From Vicugna vicugna (lineage: Eukaryota), in the NCBI GenBank assembly GCA_013265495.1, contig MU058213.1, forward strand, positions 4,030,001-4,094,000: a stretch of 64,000 nt of DNA. The letters run 5' to 3'. The number at the start of each line of letters is the position of its first letter. The stretch's first letter is position 1. The notes beneath the pieces were generated by a model. That model ran no database searches. It saw only the letters and a list, made by a program, of their open reading frames with translations, and was not told the origin of the DNA. The translations under genes were made by a program, and so were the position numbers. Below are positions 1 through 12,729 of this stretch, piece by piece.

Positions 1-540
1 TGTATGCACACAAGGTCAAACAAAGATAGAAAACTGTAGTAAACACTCCTATTCAGAAAGAGAAAGATGGGAGACACACAAGCAGTCACTGGTCCAAAAC
101 AATTCTCTGCTACAAGGGCCTCTACTTTGGTGGTACAAAAATTCCTTGAATGGAACCTGATTCTGCTTGCTGGGAGGGGATCCCTAATTGCTGTCCGAAG
201 CTATTGATCGTACCATCCAGGAGGTCCTTCCTTTTTATGTAACCTTCTTGACCACAGCTGAGGGGGACATTAGGGAATATGTTCTATTTGGGTACCAAGC
301 AACTTTCTCCATATCCTACTCCATTTGGAAAATTCAGGCCCAAGGGTCACTTTATGTTGATCAGTCATAAAATTTTAGCCTAGAATTGTGGTTTCTTTGA
401 CAGTTAAACTCTCTCAAAATTTCTGCTTCTTATTTACGTGATTCCAGTCAGCAAGGAGCCAATACTCACACCCACAAAGTGAAAGACATGCTCACCCCCA
501 GCTCCTGTCTACAACTGACCGAAGTACCCTGAGCCCATGA
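1..540. mobile_element. Old MaLR (MLT1-like) LTR/internal fragment
   Basis: Motif aaacactcctattcagaaag...cagtcactggtcc resembles MLT1J-type consensus (recalled). Confidence 0.5.
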
Positions 541-859
541 GGCATGGGTAGAAGACTGACGCTTTAGCACCTGTTTCCTAAGTCATCTTATATTTCTGAA
601 CAAATTCACTGGGCATTGGTATTTCTGATTCCTGACAGATATTAATATTTAGGATGTGGGAATGAGGAACCAAAATTTCTGAGAATTCTCAGGTATCCAT
701 AAATTATGCAGAATCGTCATTCTGTATTTTCATGATACCATATTTAATATACTTTTAAATAGTTAGGAGTGACCATAATAAGCACTGAATCACTTTTCTA
801 TGACAGTTATACTAAATTTTCAGATGTTTTCTGTTAAAAAAGATATAATGATAAACATA

Positions 860-3750
860 TAGTTTATTAATATGAACCAATGTATTGTGACAAGCTTGTA
901 TATTTTGATACCATTAAATCTACCTGACATAGATATCTGATAACAAAAAACATTAAAGGGAACATCAACATAAATGCCAAATAAAAATCATTTTAAAAAT
1001 CAGAAGCATTACAAATATTTGTTTAGAAGTTTTTCTTAATATGAAATTTGAAAAGTCACAACATATTAATTGCCCTGATAGTCTTTATTTTGCAACAAAT
1101 ATTTCAGACATAGAAATTTTTCTTTTATTTTTGCATTGATATAGTCAAGTTCTGAAGGATTGTCCAAAGACATCTTTAAGTTGGTATTACGTTACATGTT
1201 GCTTCATAGAAGCTCTTTTCCTTTTTTTGATGATAAAAATATTTTGTCTGCTTGCCCTGATTTTGGTCTTGCTGTTGCAATCGATAATTGCTTTTGCTAA
1301 TTTAGAATTGGTATTAGTTTCTGATCTCATTTCAGACTGTTCCACAACATTTACTTCTTTTTGCATTTCTTGTTAAAGGATTTGCAAAGAATAGCACCCT
1401 TTGGCAAATAACCATGTACTGGGAAACGCCACCAAATTCATTTGGTAGTATTTGAATAATGTTAAATTTCTATTTCGTATCAAGGGTAATAGCACCACAC
1501 AGAATCACAAGTCAAAACTGCTAATTTATGGAATTATTTTGCCTCCACAACATGTTATTTTTAGAATATCATTGATGGGATCTGCATAAAGTATCCTAAG
1601 TATATAAACCTATTAATATTTATTTTACTTATAAGAATGACTCACCGTTAGCAGCAGAGAGGGGCATGAATGCACATTTATAACATGGCAATAGCTACAA
1701 ATCAGTGATCAGATTGTGACCACTTCTCTTCTATGGGCTCCTGTTCTGGCTCCTAGAAATGATGACTTTACTCTTGGACTACACGTGTCAGCATCCTCTG
1801 CTCTTACTTCAGTGGATTCCTACAAAACAGCAATGGCTCTAAATTTATACTAAGCTTTAATCCTCACAGAGGAGTTACAACACCTTCTCCTGTTTCATCA
1901 ATTTCTTGACTGATTTGTTTTGAAATTCAGAAAAATATACGTTTCCCAAGAAATGCTGTGAAGGAATTTCCGCAGAGTAAACACTTTGGGGACTCTCCGT
2001 AACCTAAACTAGCGTATGATATGGCCATATTCTTAATTTAATTCAGCTTTCTTGTTTAGGCCTTCTTTTATTGGCAGCGGATGAAAAGCCTGGCCTCTTC
2101 TAACCCTGCAAGTATCTGAATTTTTGAACTTTTTCTATTCTCTTTTTTCCCATTTGCAATCTTACTGTTTTTCTCATCTTCATTCTTAAAGTACCTTGTC
2201 AAATGCAGCTAATATAGTAACCAAAATATGCTGTTAACATTCTGTTATCTAAATTCCTCCAAAAAAACAAAGTCAGTGTTAATCTAGTAAAAGTGAAACA
2301 CGCACAATTTTTTTTTTAGTGCTTACATACATACAAAAGTCCTATTACATTGAAGTCAGTACAAGCAAGTGGTCCTGGAGTAACAATTTTTGATGTAACA
2401 AAAATAACCATGTCAACCAAGAAATCAAAAAATGACATTACAGAAGCCTATAAAAATGTAATGATATTAAAACTTCTATAGTTAGTATATCTTTAAATCA
2501 CATGCTGTCTTTCCTATTAATAAAATATTCACTATCCCTCCTCAATTCCTCAATTTCTATTAATAAAAGAGACCAGTAGGTCCTTTTCTTTAGGTTAAGA
2601 GGTCCTCCATTCCATATGAATATAATCATTGTTGGAATAATAAATACTGTAAGTAGTACCATCAATGGGAGAGTTATTTGCAAAAACTGGTTTATTTTAA
2701 AAGGAATATTCAGTATAAATGCTGGGGATTATAGATACGATATAAAACACCCAACTTCAGAATCAGATCAAATTGGGTTCAAACCTTGGCTTTGCGACCT
2801 TAAGCAAATAACTGCCTAGATATTTGGTTTCCTTACCTTTCCACTTATAGCCAAAACAAGATGACTCATATTTTTCCAATTCCTTTTAAAAATATTTAGA
2901 ATAGTTCTTAAAATTTTTATAGAGTGAGAAAAATTCCAATTTCCTCCCTAAAACATTGGAAAGATGCAAAGGGGAAGAAATAACACAAATAAATATAGCA
3001 TTCAGATTTTCAATGTAAAATAAAAGAACATCCACAAAATGAATATAATACTTCTTAGTATCATTGAACTGCATTTATAATCAATCATAATTCTATGTTA
3101 GGTAACAGGGAACTAAAACATAGTGAAGAACCCTGGTAGTTCTCAGGCAGTCCCTACTGGCTTTCATAGTCATATCAAGAAAGTCTAAGCACTTGTGTAT
3201 TGGTTTGTTATGATTTCAAATCCAGTTGTTTATTATGACTTAAGTGAAGTTTTTATCTAAGGTTGAATTTACTTACATTGAGGAAGCTGTGCCAGGATGC
3301 ATCAACATGTTGTCGATACGTACTCAGTAGTTTAGCTGTTAAAGGGTACCGCTAGGGGCGCTAATCGATAGGAAGATATGGACAAGCAGTCAACATGTGA
3401 TGGACATTTAAACTTTAAATACCAAGAATTTGTGAGGACTTACCAAGAGTGTTTGGTTGGGGCAAGGCTACATTTTGCTGATTTAAATAGCTCTCTGAAG
3501 ACCTTGAGATAATTGCTCCTGCCGTGGCCAGGCCACTCTTGGTCCGCAGCAGTGTTAAAGCAGTCTTTGGAAGAGAAGGGACATCTGTCCCTGTCTTGGA
3601 GGCTACCCCTGGAAGGCAGTGGTGCAAGCCATATAATGGTCCCTGGACCAGTAACATTTGGGGCAGCCCAGCTAGCCTACCAACAGTGGTGCTGTCACCC
3701 CCTAGCAACATGCCCCAACAGCAAGGGACCTAAGCTGACAGCTGATACCC
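860..3750 (-). pseudogene. Candidate decayed multi-exon gene or spliced lncRNA downstream of ZNF280D
   Basis: Series of AG/GT-flanked blocks (3444-~3700, 3277-3360, 2837-2947, ~2327-2721, 1941-2208, 1646-1819, ~863-1595) with protein-like translations broken by stops and a frameshift; AATAAA at 863-868. Confidence 0.5.
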
Positions 3751-3996
3751 AGCTTTTAGCTGGAAGGACTGATTCTTCTGAGAACCAATTCATGGAAAGG
3801 TACATTTCAAATAAATAAACTTCTTTTATCTCCCCTTTGCCTGGAACAATAGCATAATCAATCTATTATTGGCTTGGAGTGTGTTATTTCTTTATTAGCT
3901 TATTAACAAACATTATCCTGCATGCTATTGGCTTGTGAAACATTATTATTATAGACTGTAATTCCCACAGTGAACCTATGTGAAATAAATTATTGG
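3694..3996 (-). promoter_or_regulatory. Putative promoter: RFX X-box-like site and three CCAAT boxes
   Basis: gtcaccccctagcaac at 3694-3709; attggc (GCCAAT on minus) at 3868, 3927 and 3992; adjoins a locally GC-richer segment at 3500-3750. Confidence 0.45.
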
Positions 3997-4052
3997 CAAA
4001 GAAAACCTCACTCCCTGACCACAATCTGTCCGGACAAAACAGCACTCTAAAG

Positions 4053-4257
4053 CAGATGTAAGCAAACTACAGTCCATGGGCCAAACCCAACCAACATTCT
4101 GTTTTTGTAAATAAAGTTTTATTGGAACACAAACACGCTATCGTTTACATATTGTCCATAGCTGCTTTCAAGCTATGAGGACGAGCTGGATAATTGTGAC
4201 CACACAGCCCACAATTACGTACTATCTGGCTCTACACAGAAAGTTTGCTGACGCCTG
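4053..4257 (+). mobile_element. MER58A-like hAT-Charlie non-autonomous element
   Basis: cag...gcaaactac start, core tttgtaaataaagttttattggaacac, end gtttgctgacgcctg; 8-bp TSD ctctaaag/ttctaaag. Confidence 0.85.
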
Positions 4258-5129
4258 TTCTAAAGCATTGCTACTCAACGGTTTGGTTTGTATTCCTCAA
4301 TTGTTTGTTCCTGATCAGAAATGAGATAAGGAGATTATGTGAAAACATAAAACAATTATGTTACCGAGTACAATGTTTATATCAATTTTTTGTTTTCATT
4401 GCTAGACTTTCTCAGTGAAGGATTTACAGTCTGGTATGGTTTCCTTTTCTCATAGTGGATGAGTATAAACAGTTCATTGATCAGGTATTTTGCATACCAC
4501 TACAGTAAGTATTTAGGAGCAGGAGAAGAAACTACTCAAAGCTCAAAAGGGATTATTGTATCACTTAGAGACATTTTGGCATAGTGCTCTAGGGTTTTGC
4601 AGCATTAGGTAGCAGGCTTGGCAACTAAATGAATAAGATTCAGGAAGTAGTCCATGCATAGACTCTTTTTCTCCCTGTCCTTCTAAGGTTTAACTTACTC
4701 AATAAATCTTCTCTGCTATAGATTTATGTTTCAACAAGATGAAGAATAACAGCTATTAAGTCCCTCTCTCCCTCCTTTCTTTAAAGTAGGAAAGATAAAA
4801 ATATTTGCTCCCCCACAAAAATATTCAAGAAAATAAGTCAATACTATATTTTGCCTAGTTAGCCTCTTTAATTTACTGAGCAGATAGAAAACTATATTAT
4901 ATTATAATTCTCTTTAAGTGGAAGAATTTATAAAGCAAATCTATTCTCTGTAAATAGCAACAGTTTTCCCCTAATACTTTCAACCCTAATTTAAAATAAA
5001 TCATGCATCATTTAAAGAATACAGAATGAAATTCTACCATTAACTTTAACATAAAATTTCCTTGAACAGGTGTACAATTTCTAAAAGTGCCAAAGGTAAT
5101 CTGATTCACACAGCTTTCTGAAAAATAAA

Positions 5130-6439
5130 ATTATTCAGGGACAGATTTTTATTGCAAATATTTACTCAAAAACTATGTACAGCAGAATTTTAATAGCCAT
5201 TTAAAACATTTAACATTCAGTGAAATGAAATTTAAGAATTCAAAGCACATTTTAAGAAGTAAAAATGTAGCATTTTAAATAAAAGTTTATTAGTACTTCA
5301 AAGCAAACTACTGTTACTCATATTATTCATTTCTGTATCTATTATTCTCTATATGATAAAAAACTGAAAAATCAATTTAGCAGCCATCTTATGGATAAAT
5401 TAGGCTAAATATCCCAAACCAATTTTTTACATCCTGCTTTAGGTCCCATTTGAAGTTTCTATTTTACAGTTACATAAAAAGTCACTTAAATATGGCTGAA
5501 TTCATGCCACGACATGTTTTCAGTTTACTGCTTTACAATATCTACATTATACCATACTTTGGTTTGGTTTCCAGACCATTTTTATGGGCCTAATTCTAAA
5601 GAAGATCATTAAAACAATACCAAAAGCATCATAGCTACAGGAGTTTCAACAATGGGTTTCTACTTTATACAACTAGTACATCAAGGGATTTCTGCACAGC
5701 TTACACACTGACAAAAAGCACAAATATAAATTTATATTTTAATAATTTCACTTTCACTGAAAGTTTAATTAAGGTAAGCTTACAGCCTGGCAGGCTAACA
5801 CTTGTTTGGAGGTACAAAGATTCAAATATTCTGTTTACATGCTTCTGGCAGTCTGGAATGTTATATTAAATCCAAAGTTAAGTTTGTGTTCATCCAAGTT
5901 CTTTTTAGATCAACAAATTTAGCACTCTAAGCATGCTCCATTTACCAGCTTCATACTCAAAATGAAGCTTTCATTAACAATGCCAATCAGCCATTATTTT
6001 AAATCAATTATTCCCCAAAGAGATGTAGTTTCCAAATCTCTTCCTTTAAGTTAATTGAAAAGGATGTACAGGTAATAAGGACTTTTAGCTTAGGAATGAT
6101 GGAAATTTCAAAAGCTTTATTACTATAACTAATAATCAATTCATACTGGAAACCAAGTTCTGTATCTTTGAAAAGCGCTAAATGAGACATTTTCTTTGCA
6201 AATTTAACTTTAAAATTCCATTCATGTTTTAAAAACTTCTTGGAAATTCACACTAATCATGCTATTAATGGTGAATTGATTTAACAACCTAGGTTGAACA
6301 TACAGGTAAAGTGTATGAATGACCTCCCTCACAGTTTTCCATCTCTGAACTTTGCAACAGCACCACTGAGCTCACCTGATAGCACTTTTCCAAATGCTCT
6401 CACCGTTGGTACACTAAAACTTAGAATGACTAATTAAGT
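5130..6439 (-). other. ZNF280D: ZNF280D 3' UTR (end approximate)
   Basis: AU-rich stretch with no recognisable repeats after the stop, ending near AATAAA signals. Confidence 0.7.
5148..5153 (-). terminator. Polyadenylation signal AATAAA (a second one at 5286-5291)
   Basis: tttatt on the plus strand; U-rich sequence follows on the minus strand. Confidence 0.65.
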
Positions 6440-7064
6440 TCAGCTCTTTTCTTTTTCGTCTGCCAGGTCTACTGTTGTCTCTGTTGTGCTAAGGCTATTT
6501 TCTCCAGGAATGCCATCTGTTTGATCAGACTCTACTTCATCAGTCTTGGCTGGAGGATCACCACTACTTTTCTGAAGAATCTCTGTGGCTTCGTACTCAA
6601 GTACCTCTGACGGAGTCAAAGGCTCCAAATGAATACTGCCTTGCTCACTGACATCAGAGCTAACAGATTCAGGTTCATCTCTTTTTCTCAAAAACTGGTC
6701 AATGCTGACATCACCAGATGTTAACCGCAAACCCTTAATATTCTTCGAAGAAAATCTGACTTCACCGGTGTTGCGCTCTTCAGTCTGATCACAGGAAACA
6801 ATGTTTTCTGAATTGTGGCACATCTTCAACTCTGTTTCCTGACAAATGTGCTCTATTTGTTTTTCCTTCTCCACTTTATCTGCACCAGTGACTGAATCAT
6901 AACTGAAGATATTCTTTGAGCCAGTTTCCTGGTCTCCAAGACAGGTATCATTTTCCTTATCTGAAACTGATACGCCTTCTTCATTTTTTGCTGCTGATGA
7001 GCCCGTAAATAAGTTTGCATCACATCCATTTTTTATTTCCTCTGAAGAAGCTTCATCTTGTTTA
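6440..7064 (-). CDS. ZNF280D: ZNF280D last coding exon, acidic C-terminus (KQDEA...SIHLEPLTPSEVLEYEATEIL...ADEKEKS*)
   Basis: Acceptor ttttttcag|T; contains ORF 6440-6874; TGA at 6440-6442. Confidence 0.96.
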
Positions 7065-9440
7065 CTGAAAAAATAAAGCCATTTATTATCTATTCCTTCA
7101 TTATATAATGTATTTGAACACTATCAAAACAAAGACATTCTCTAAAAAATTAAAAAAAAAAAAGTAAAGGCACATTTGCCCACCAAAAAGAAAAAAAATC
7201 TAAGTCCCCAGTCTTCTCCATGATGTTACAATTTAGGAGGCAACCATGATCTTATGCAAGAGAGAAACTCCATAGTCACAAATTAAAAAGAAACCTGAGG
7301 AGTCTGCTGATTGGTTTTAATCTTGGTTATCATTATTTTTATCTGTTCATACCCTTGCCTTTTTTAGCTAAAATGTAAATGTTCTTATTAATTTGTAAGA
7401 GAACTCTAAACAAGGAATGAATATATACAGAAAACCTATTTTTCTTTTACGATTTATATATCCTGTTAGGCTTAGAGTATCTTTCCCTATGCAAAAATCA
7501 TGTAACCAGTCACAAACATTTCCCCATTTTTCACAGCCTAATTTAAAAAAGCATAAACACACGCCTGAAAAAATATATGTAAATATAAAACATGCATACA
7601 TATGTCTATGCACATATGTGTCTGTGTTTACTCTTAACCTGGTGTGTTAACAGAAACTATTTAGTGAATCATAAAACATTAGAAACAGAAGATTTCTGAG
7701 GATCTCCAGCACCTTATGTAGATTTTGCTTATTTTAACAAAAAGAAATGTAATGATTACATCTATCTTATTTCTTACATTAATCCACCTGGAATTTAGAC
7801 TTTTTTCTAATGAGCTGCCCAAACATCAAAGCAACATTATCAGATGGTCATTTATTATTGGCTAAATTATATTATAAAGCTATTTCCCTGCTGTTCATTT
7901 CATTCTGATGTGTCTTTAGACTACCATGGGCCAATACCACCAAGTTTTGACAAGTATAGATTAACATTGTTCTTTATTATCTACTAGGTCAAATCACTTA
8001 CAGGCTACTATTCGTCTCCCTAAATTTTAGTTTGGAAATGTAAAAGATATTTGTACAAGAATGTTCATTAAAGCAATTTTTAAAACAGTGAATACAGAAA
8101 CAACCTAATATCTAACAAAAGAGCTGTGATGTTAGAAATTATAGTATTAATAAATAGAAACACATGAGTCTAATTTTAAACACTGCCAGTTTCCAAACCA
8201 AATCCAATTTGGATTTTCAACTAAATGTTCGTTAAATCATAAACTAATTTGGAAAATGAACTACCAAGTAAGTTATTAATATATTATTTTCCATCTCAGT
8301 AAATTTTGTTTTTCTTCTAAATCTTCTAAATAGATCTTGCACATTTCTCATTTTGTTATTATTGTGAATTAACTTTTTTATCCATTGTATTTTGTAATCA
8401 CATTATTGATATATCAGAAAGATTCTGAATTTTACACCAAGCTACTTTAATCAATATTCTCATTAATTTCAATCATTCTTAGCTTATTGTCTTGGATCTT
8501 ATAGGTCAATTACTACATCTGCAAAAAAATTATCTTCCCCTCATTTAAATTTGTAGAATTTTAATTTTTGTTCAGATCTTATGGAACTAACTACCATTTA
8601 CAGAAAATGTTAAATTTAGAGGTGACTAGACTGCTTCTTTTAAATCCTTAGTTGAACTTTCCCAACCAGAATTCTAGGAAAAATGCTAGGTGACGAAAGT
8701 GCTAAATAAATTTTTCTAGTGAAATCTAAGAAAAACATCTTCAAAATGTCTTATTCCATAATTTTCTTTTTAGGGGCAACAGATTAATTAATCTCATCAG
8801 GTTAACAAACAATTTATCATAAAATACACAGCATAAAGATAGAAATGCGGAAATTACTAAAAGGCAAAATCATCTTTACTTGGAATAGAGTTCTAATTAG
8901 AATGTTGGATTCTCTTTTGCCAAAAAAGGATTGTGAAGTATCTTGTGTTCTGTAGTGGTCTACTTGAGCGTTAATTTTTTTAAAAAAGCAATCCCTGAAT
9001 TTTGAAACTTCTATGTTGAGATCCCACCACAGACACAGCTTTATAGCTTATTGAAAATACTTAAAAATAAATAAAAATAAGATTTTTAAATTACCTATTT
9101 GCAATAATTGTCACCATCTTGTAACCTGTAGCATCTTGTAACTATTCTCATTTAATAGAGGCATTTAAAATCTGTTAACATTTTATTCACTTGTAAGACT
9201 TTTAAAAAATTTAATAACTGATCAAATGTACTCTACATGTTTAAAAGATTTCAAAACTAAGGATCTGCAGTATATTTTTGTTGTATTAAAATTTCAAAAT
9301 TTGATTTTAATTAAAAGCCATTACTAAAAGCAACACCATAAACAAAAGTTAAATAGCCCTTTGCCAATTAACTGAAATATGACACAGCTCAAGTATCATA
9401 TACATGAATTTCAAGAGATTCAGTTTTTCCTTATGTTTAC

Positions 9441-9496
9441 CTTTCAGAATTTGATGTTTCTCTTTCTCCTTCAGCCATATTAGGTCTTGGAATTTC
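9441..9496 (-). CDS. ZNF280D: ZNF280D penultimate coding exon (EIPRPNMAEGERETSNSE)
   Basis: Acceptor catttcag|GAA, donor AG|gtaaac; 56 nt; phase 0 to 2. Confidence 0.93.
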
Positions 9497-10299
9497 CTGA
9501 AATGATTAATCATATTTTTCTTTCATGTTAATTTAATCAAACTTAAAGTAAACGACTTTTATTATACTAAACTTTCTAGATAAAAAGAACTTAAGTGTGT
9601 GATCTAATATACAAAAGAAATAGAAAAACAATTTCTCAATTTAAAGTATGTATTAGAATAATTTTCATAATTAAAAGCAGAATTTCAAAAATTGCTTTTT
9701 AAAAAACCGGTGAGATATTTCAGTGTGCCAAAAGTTTCTGAATCAAGGACGTGAAACGGTTATCCAGTTATAAGAATACCTGCTTCTCTTAAATTCTTTC
9801 AAATATGGGCCATAATTACAAAGACTTGATTAGAAACTAGTAAAAGACACCTTGAATTTGAATAAGTTTCATCTGCAGTATTTTATACACACATTAAATA
9901 CAGATACTTAGATAAAACATTTCTAAAATTTTAATTTTATATTTGGAGTCATGGTAACCCTTCCATTGTCAAACCAAGTAACATTAAATGAAAGACAAAT
10001 GAAATACTCTGCCTATTTCACATGTTTAATGAGGAGGAAAGAATACAATAAAACCTCAGTAGGCCAGAGGTCTGCCCAGCAGTTTATAACAATTACCAGT
10101 TATTGAGCATATATGATGTATGAGGTGGTATGTTAAGAACTTTATATTCAGTACCTCATTTAATCCTCATATTAGATATTATAAACTCCATTTTTACAAA
10201 GGAGAATAAAGACTGCGTGGGTTAAGCAGAAAACCCAAGGCAATATCAAAAACAATAAGTGGTGAAGTTTCAAATCTAGGTTCAGCTCGTAGTTGCTAT

Positions 10300-12697
10300 G
10301 GTGACTGACTCAAGCCTGTGAAATTGATTGTGGTGTATTGATCATGTACATTTATTTCCTCACTCTCCAAAAACTCTGCTAAAATGCTAAAATGCAGGTA
10401 AAGAAATAAAACATTTTCAGTGATAAAGACCAAGGAAACATCAAAGCATACTAACTGTCAAAGAGATTTCAACAAATTTTTAGGTGCAAAGTGGCTGGGG
10501 AAATGGAAATTGACTTTACAGTGTGGAGGAAGTCACGATGAAATGTCTGAGCAGAGGAGTGCAAAGAGAAGAGAATCAATTTGCCCAGAGAACATAAGAG
10601 ATCTGGTATTTGGAGAAATTCAGTACAATATCCAAAACTTAAAAGGAAAAAATGAAGCATGAGTACTGCTGAGAAATCTAAATGTTTTTTCCCCAACTCA
10701 TACAACAGGTACCTATCCTTTCCTCTACCGCTTAGGCCAAAGGTTAACTCTCTGAACTGGAGACAGTCTAGACTTGTGAACACCAGGAATGGCAAAGGGC
10801 AGGCATGAGGTACTGAAAGAAAACAGAAAAATTTAGTAAAGTCCATAAACTGAATAAAGGAACTCACTTATATCTCCCTGCCTGGTTTCCAGATGCTAGC
10901 AGCCAGAGAAACCACTCTTCACCACACCACCCCCAGCTGGAATCTAAAAGATGCCTCTTTGGATGAAATTATCAGCCTCAAAGGCTTTGAGAGCATCCTC
11001 CCCACCATAGAACAGTCAGTTCAGCATCTGATTTTCCTGTGTTGAATCTAAACAATTGTCATGCAGACTGTGCAGGTCATAGAGCGCACTAATCCAGGAG
11101 GCAACCTTCACAATATAATCCACATCAGCAGTTCTCCAAGTGTGGTTCACACACGCATGTGGCCTCCCAGACACTTCCAGGAGGTATGTGAGGTTAAAAT
11201 GGTTGGTACTAAAGCAGTGGTGAGTAAAAATACTGGAATCTTAACACAAATCAAGGCACTGACATCAAACCAAAATTGTACTGGCAATCACTGTATTCCC
11301 CACTGGCACACACCAGCAGTAAAATTAATTTTACTGAGTATCAATCCTTGAGTGCATGTCTTTTTAAGTCTGCGTAATGAAATAGCAAATATACATACAG
11401 CACTGCTATTGCACGCTGAAAACACCTGGGTCTGTGACTGAGTTGCAAGCAGAACTTAGCCACAATTTTTTCATGGAACATCATTTTTATTTTACAGAAT
11501 AACTGTCAAACTATGAATATTTATACTTGAGTATTTAGAAGACATTTTCTTCAAAATTGACAAAGTGAGATTTTCACATCGAAGAAAACAACTGATAGTA
11601 TTTGTTGCCAGTAATAAAACTCAAGGAGAAATTAAATTTTAGGAAAACTTATAGCCACTATTCATGAGGTTAATGCTAATATTAATGCATGTGATTACTT
11701 GATGTTATATAATGAAACATGTCATCACTTGGAAGATCTATGTAACCAGTGAACCAATATATTCCAAATGACTAATGCATGATGTTATAAAATCATGCAT
11801 GGTTAAAGATCCAATCAAAGTGTAAGACAGACCAATCGATTTTAATCTAACAAAGTACAAGAAGTTCAGCGATAAGGAGTCAGATTCCATGTTGCAACAA
11901 ACCTTTAAGAAAACTTCCACTTGTCTACTTTTGATGTCATATAAGAGAAGAAAAAATCACAGTTAACTGAATAGATTTTTAAAGTACTGGATGAAGCTGG
12001 GTATTCTTCATATATTTCAACCAAAATAAGATATCACAACAGATTGAATGCAGAAACACGAAAATCATTTTCTTCTATTTAACTGGACATTTAAGACATA
12101 TGCAAAAGTGTAAAACAGTTTCATTCTCCTAACTAAATTTATTTTGTTTTGACAAATAGTTATTTCTCAGAAAAATATTTATGTATTATAAGTAACAATA
12201 TTTTTTAAGTTTCATATATTTAATTTCTAGTACAGTAAACATCAATAAACTTTGAGAGTACCAAGGTTGTCCCCTCTAGAGTGTTGCAGTGTACAACCTG
12301 TATGGCCATGTAAGGTAGCCCTGTCCCTGTCCAAACAGGGTTTTCAATAAACTTTTTCAAAGCTTCACTTTTTAATATGTATGGACAGCCAAGGATCACC
12401 ACACAACTGAATACCTTCTTTAAATCAGAGATCAAAATAAACAAGAGAATAAAGAAAGAGGCTAGGAGACATCAGAGACATTGCTGGGAACAAAAGAAAT
12501 ATATACATATGTGTATATATATATATATATATAATTGATATATACTTAATATCCCTTGAGATATGAGATGTTATTACATCCATTAAACAAGAACAAAAAC
12601 TATGAAAATGAAAGAATTAAAGAACAAATAAAAAAATTACAGAGCGATTCAAAATTAAACATATGGCAACCCAAATAAGCAATTAAGTTTAGAAAAT
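10300..12697 (+). mobile_element. Old HAL1/L1M-type LINE 5' and ORF1 region, interrupted by Charlie1; likely 3' part at ~22226-22500
   Basis: Purine-rich degraded ORF1-like sequence; tail tttagaaacatggagataaat...gttgaaaatggctgcctct resembles the HAL1 3' end. Confidence 0.5.
11126..12265 (+). mobile_element. Charlie1/Charlie1a-like hAT DNA transposon fossil
   Basis: Terminus cagcagttctccaagtgtggt; internal segments tttcatggaacatcatttttat and atgactaatgcatgatgttataaaatcatgcatggttaaagatcca typical of Charlie1. Confidence 0.8.
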
Positions 12698-12729
12698 CAG
12701 TGCTTTGCCAAGCCAAATTGGAACCCGAG

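Noticed and set aside
3513..3818. Plus-strand ORFs 3513-3818 and 3524-3733
   Set aside because: Explained by locally higher GC. No recognisable domain, and the nearby splice signals favour the minus strand.
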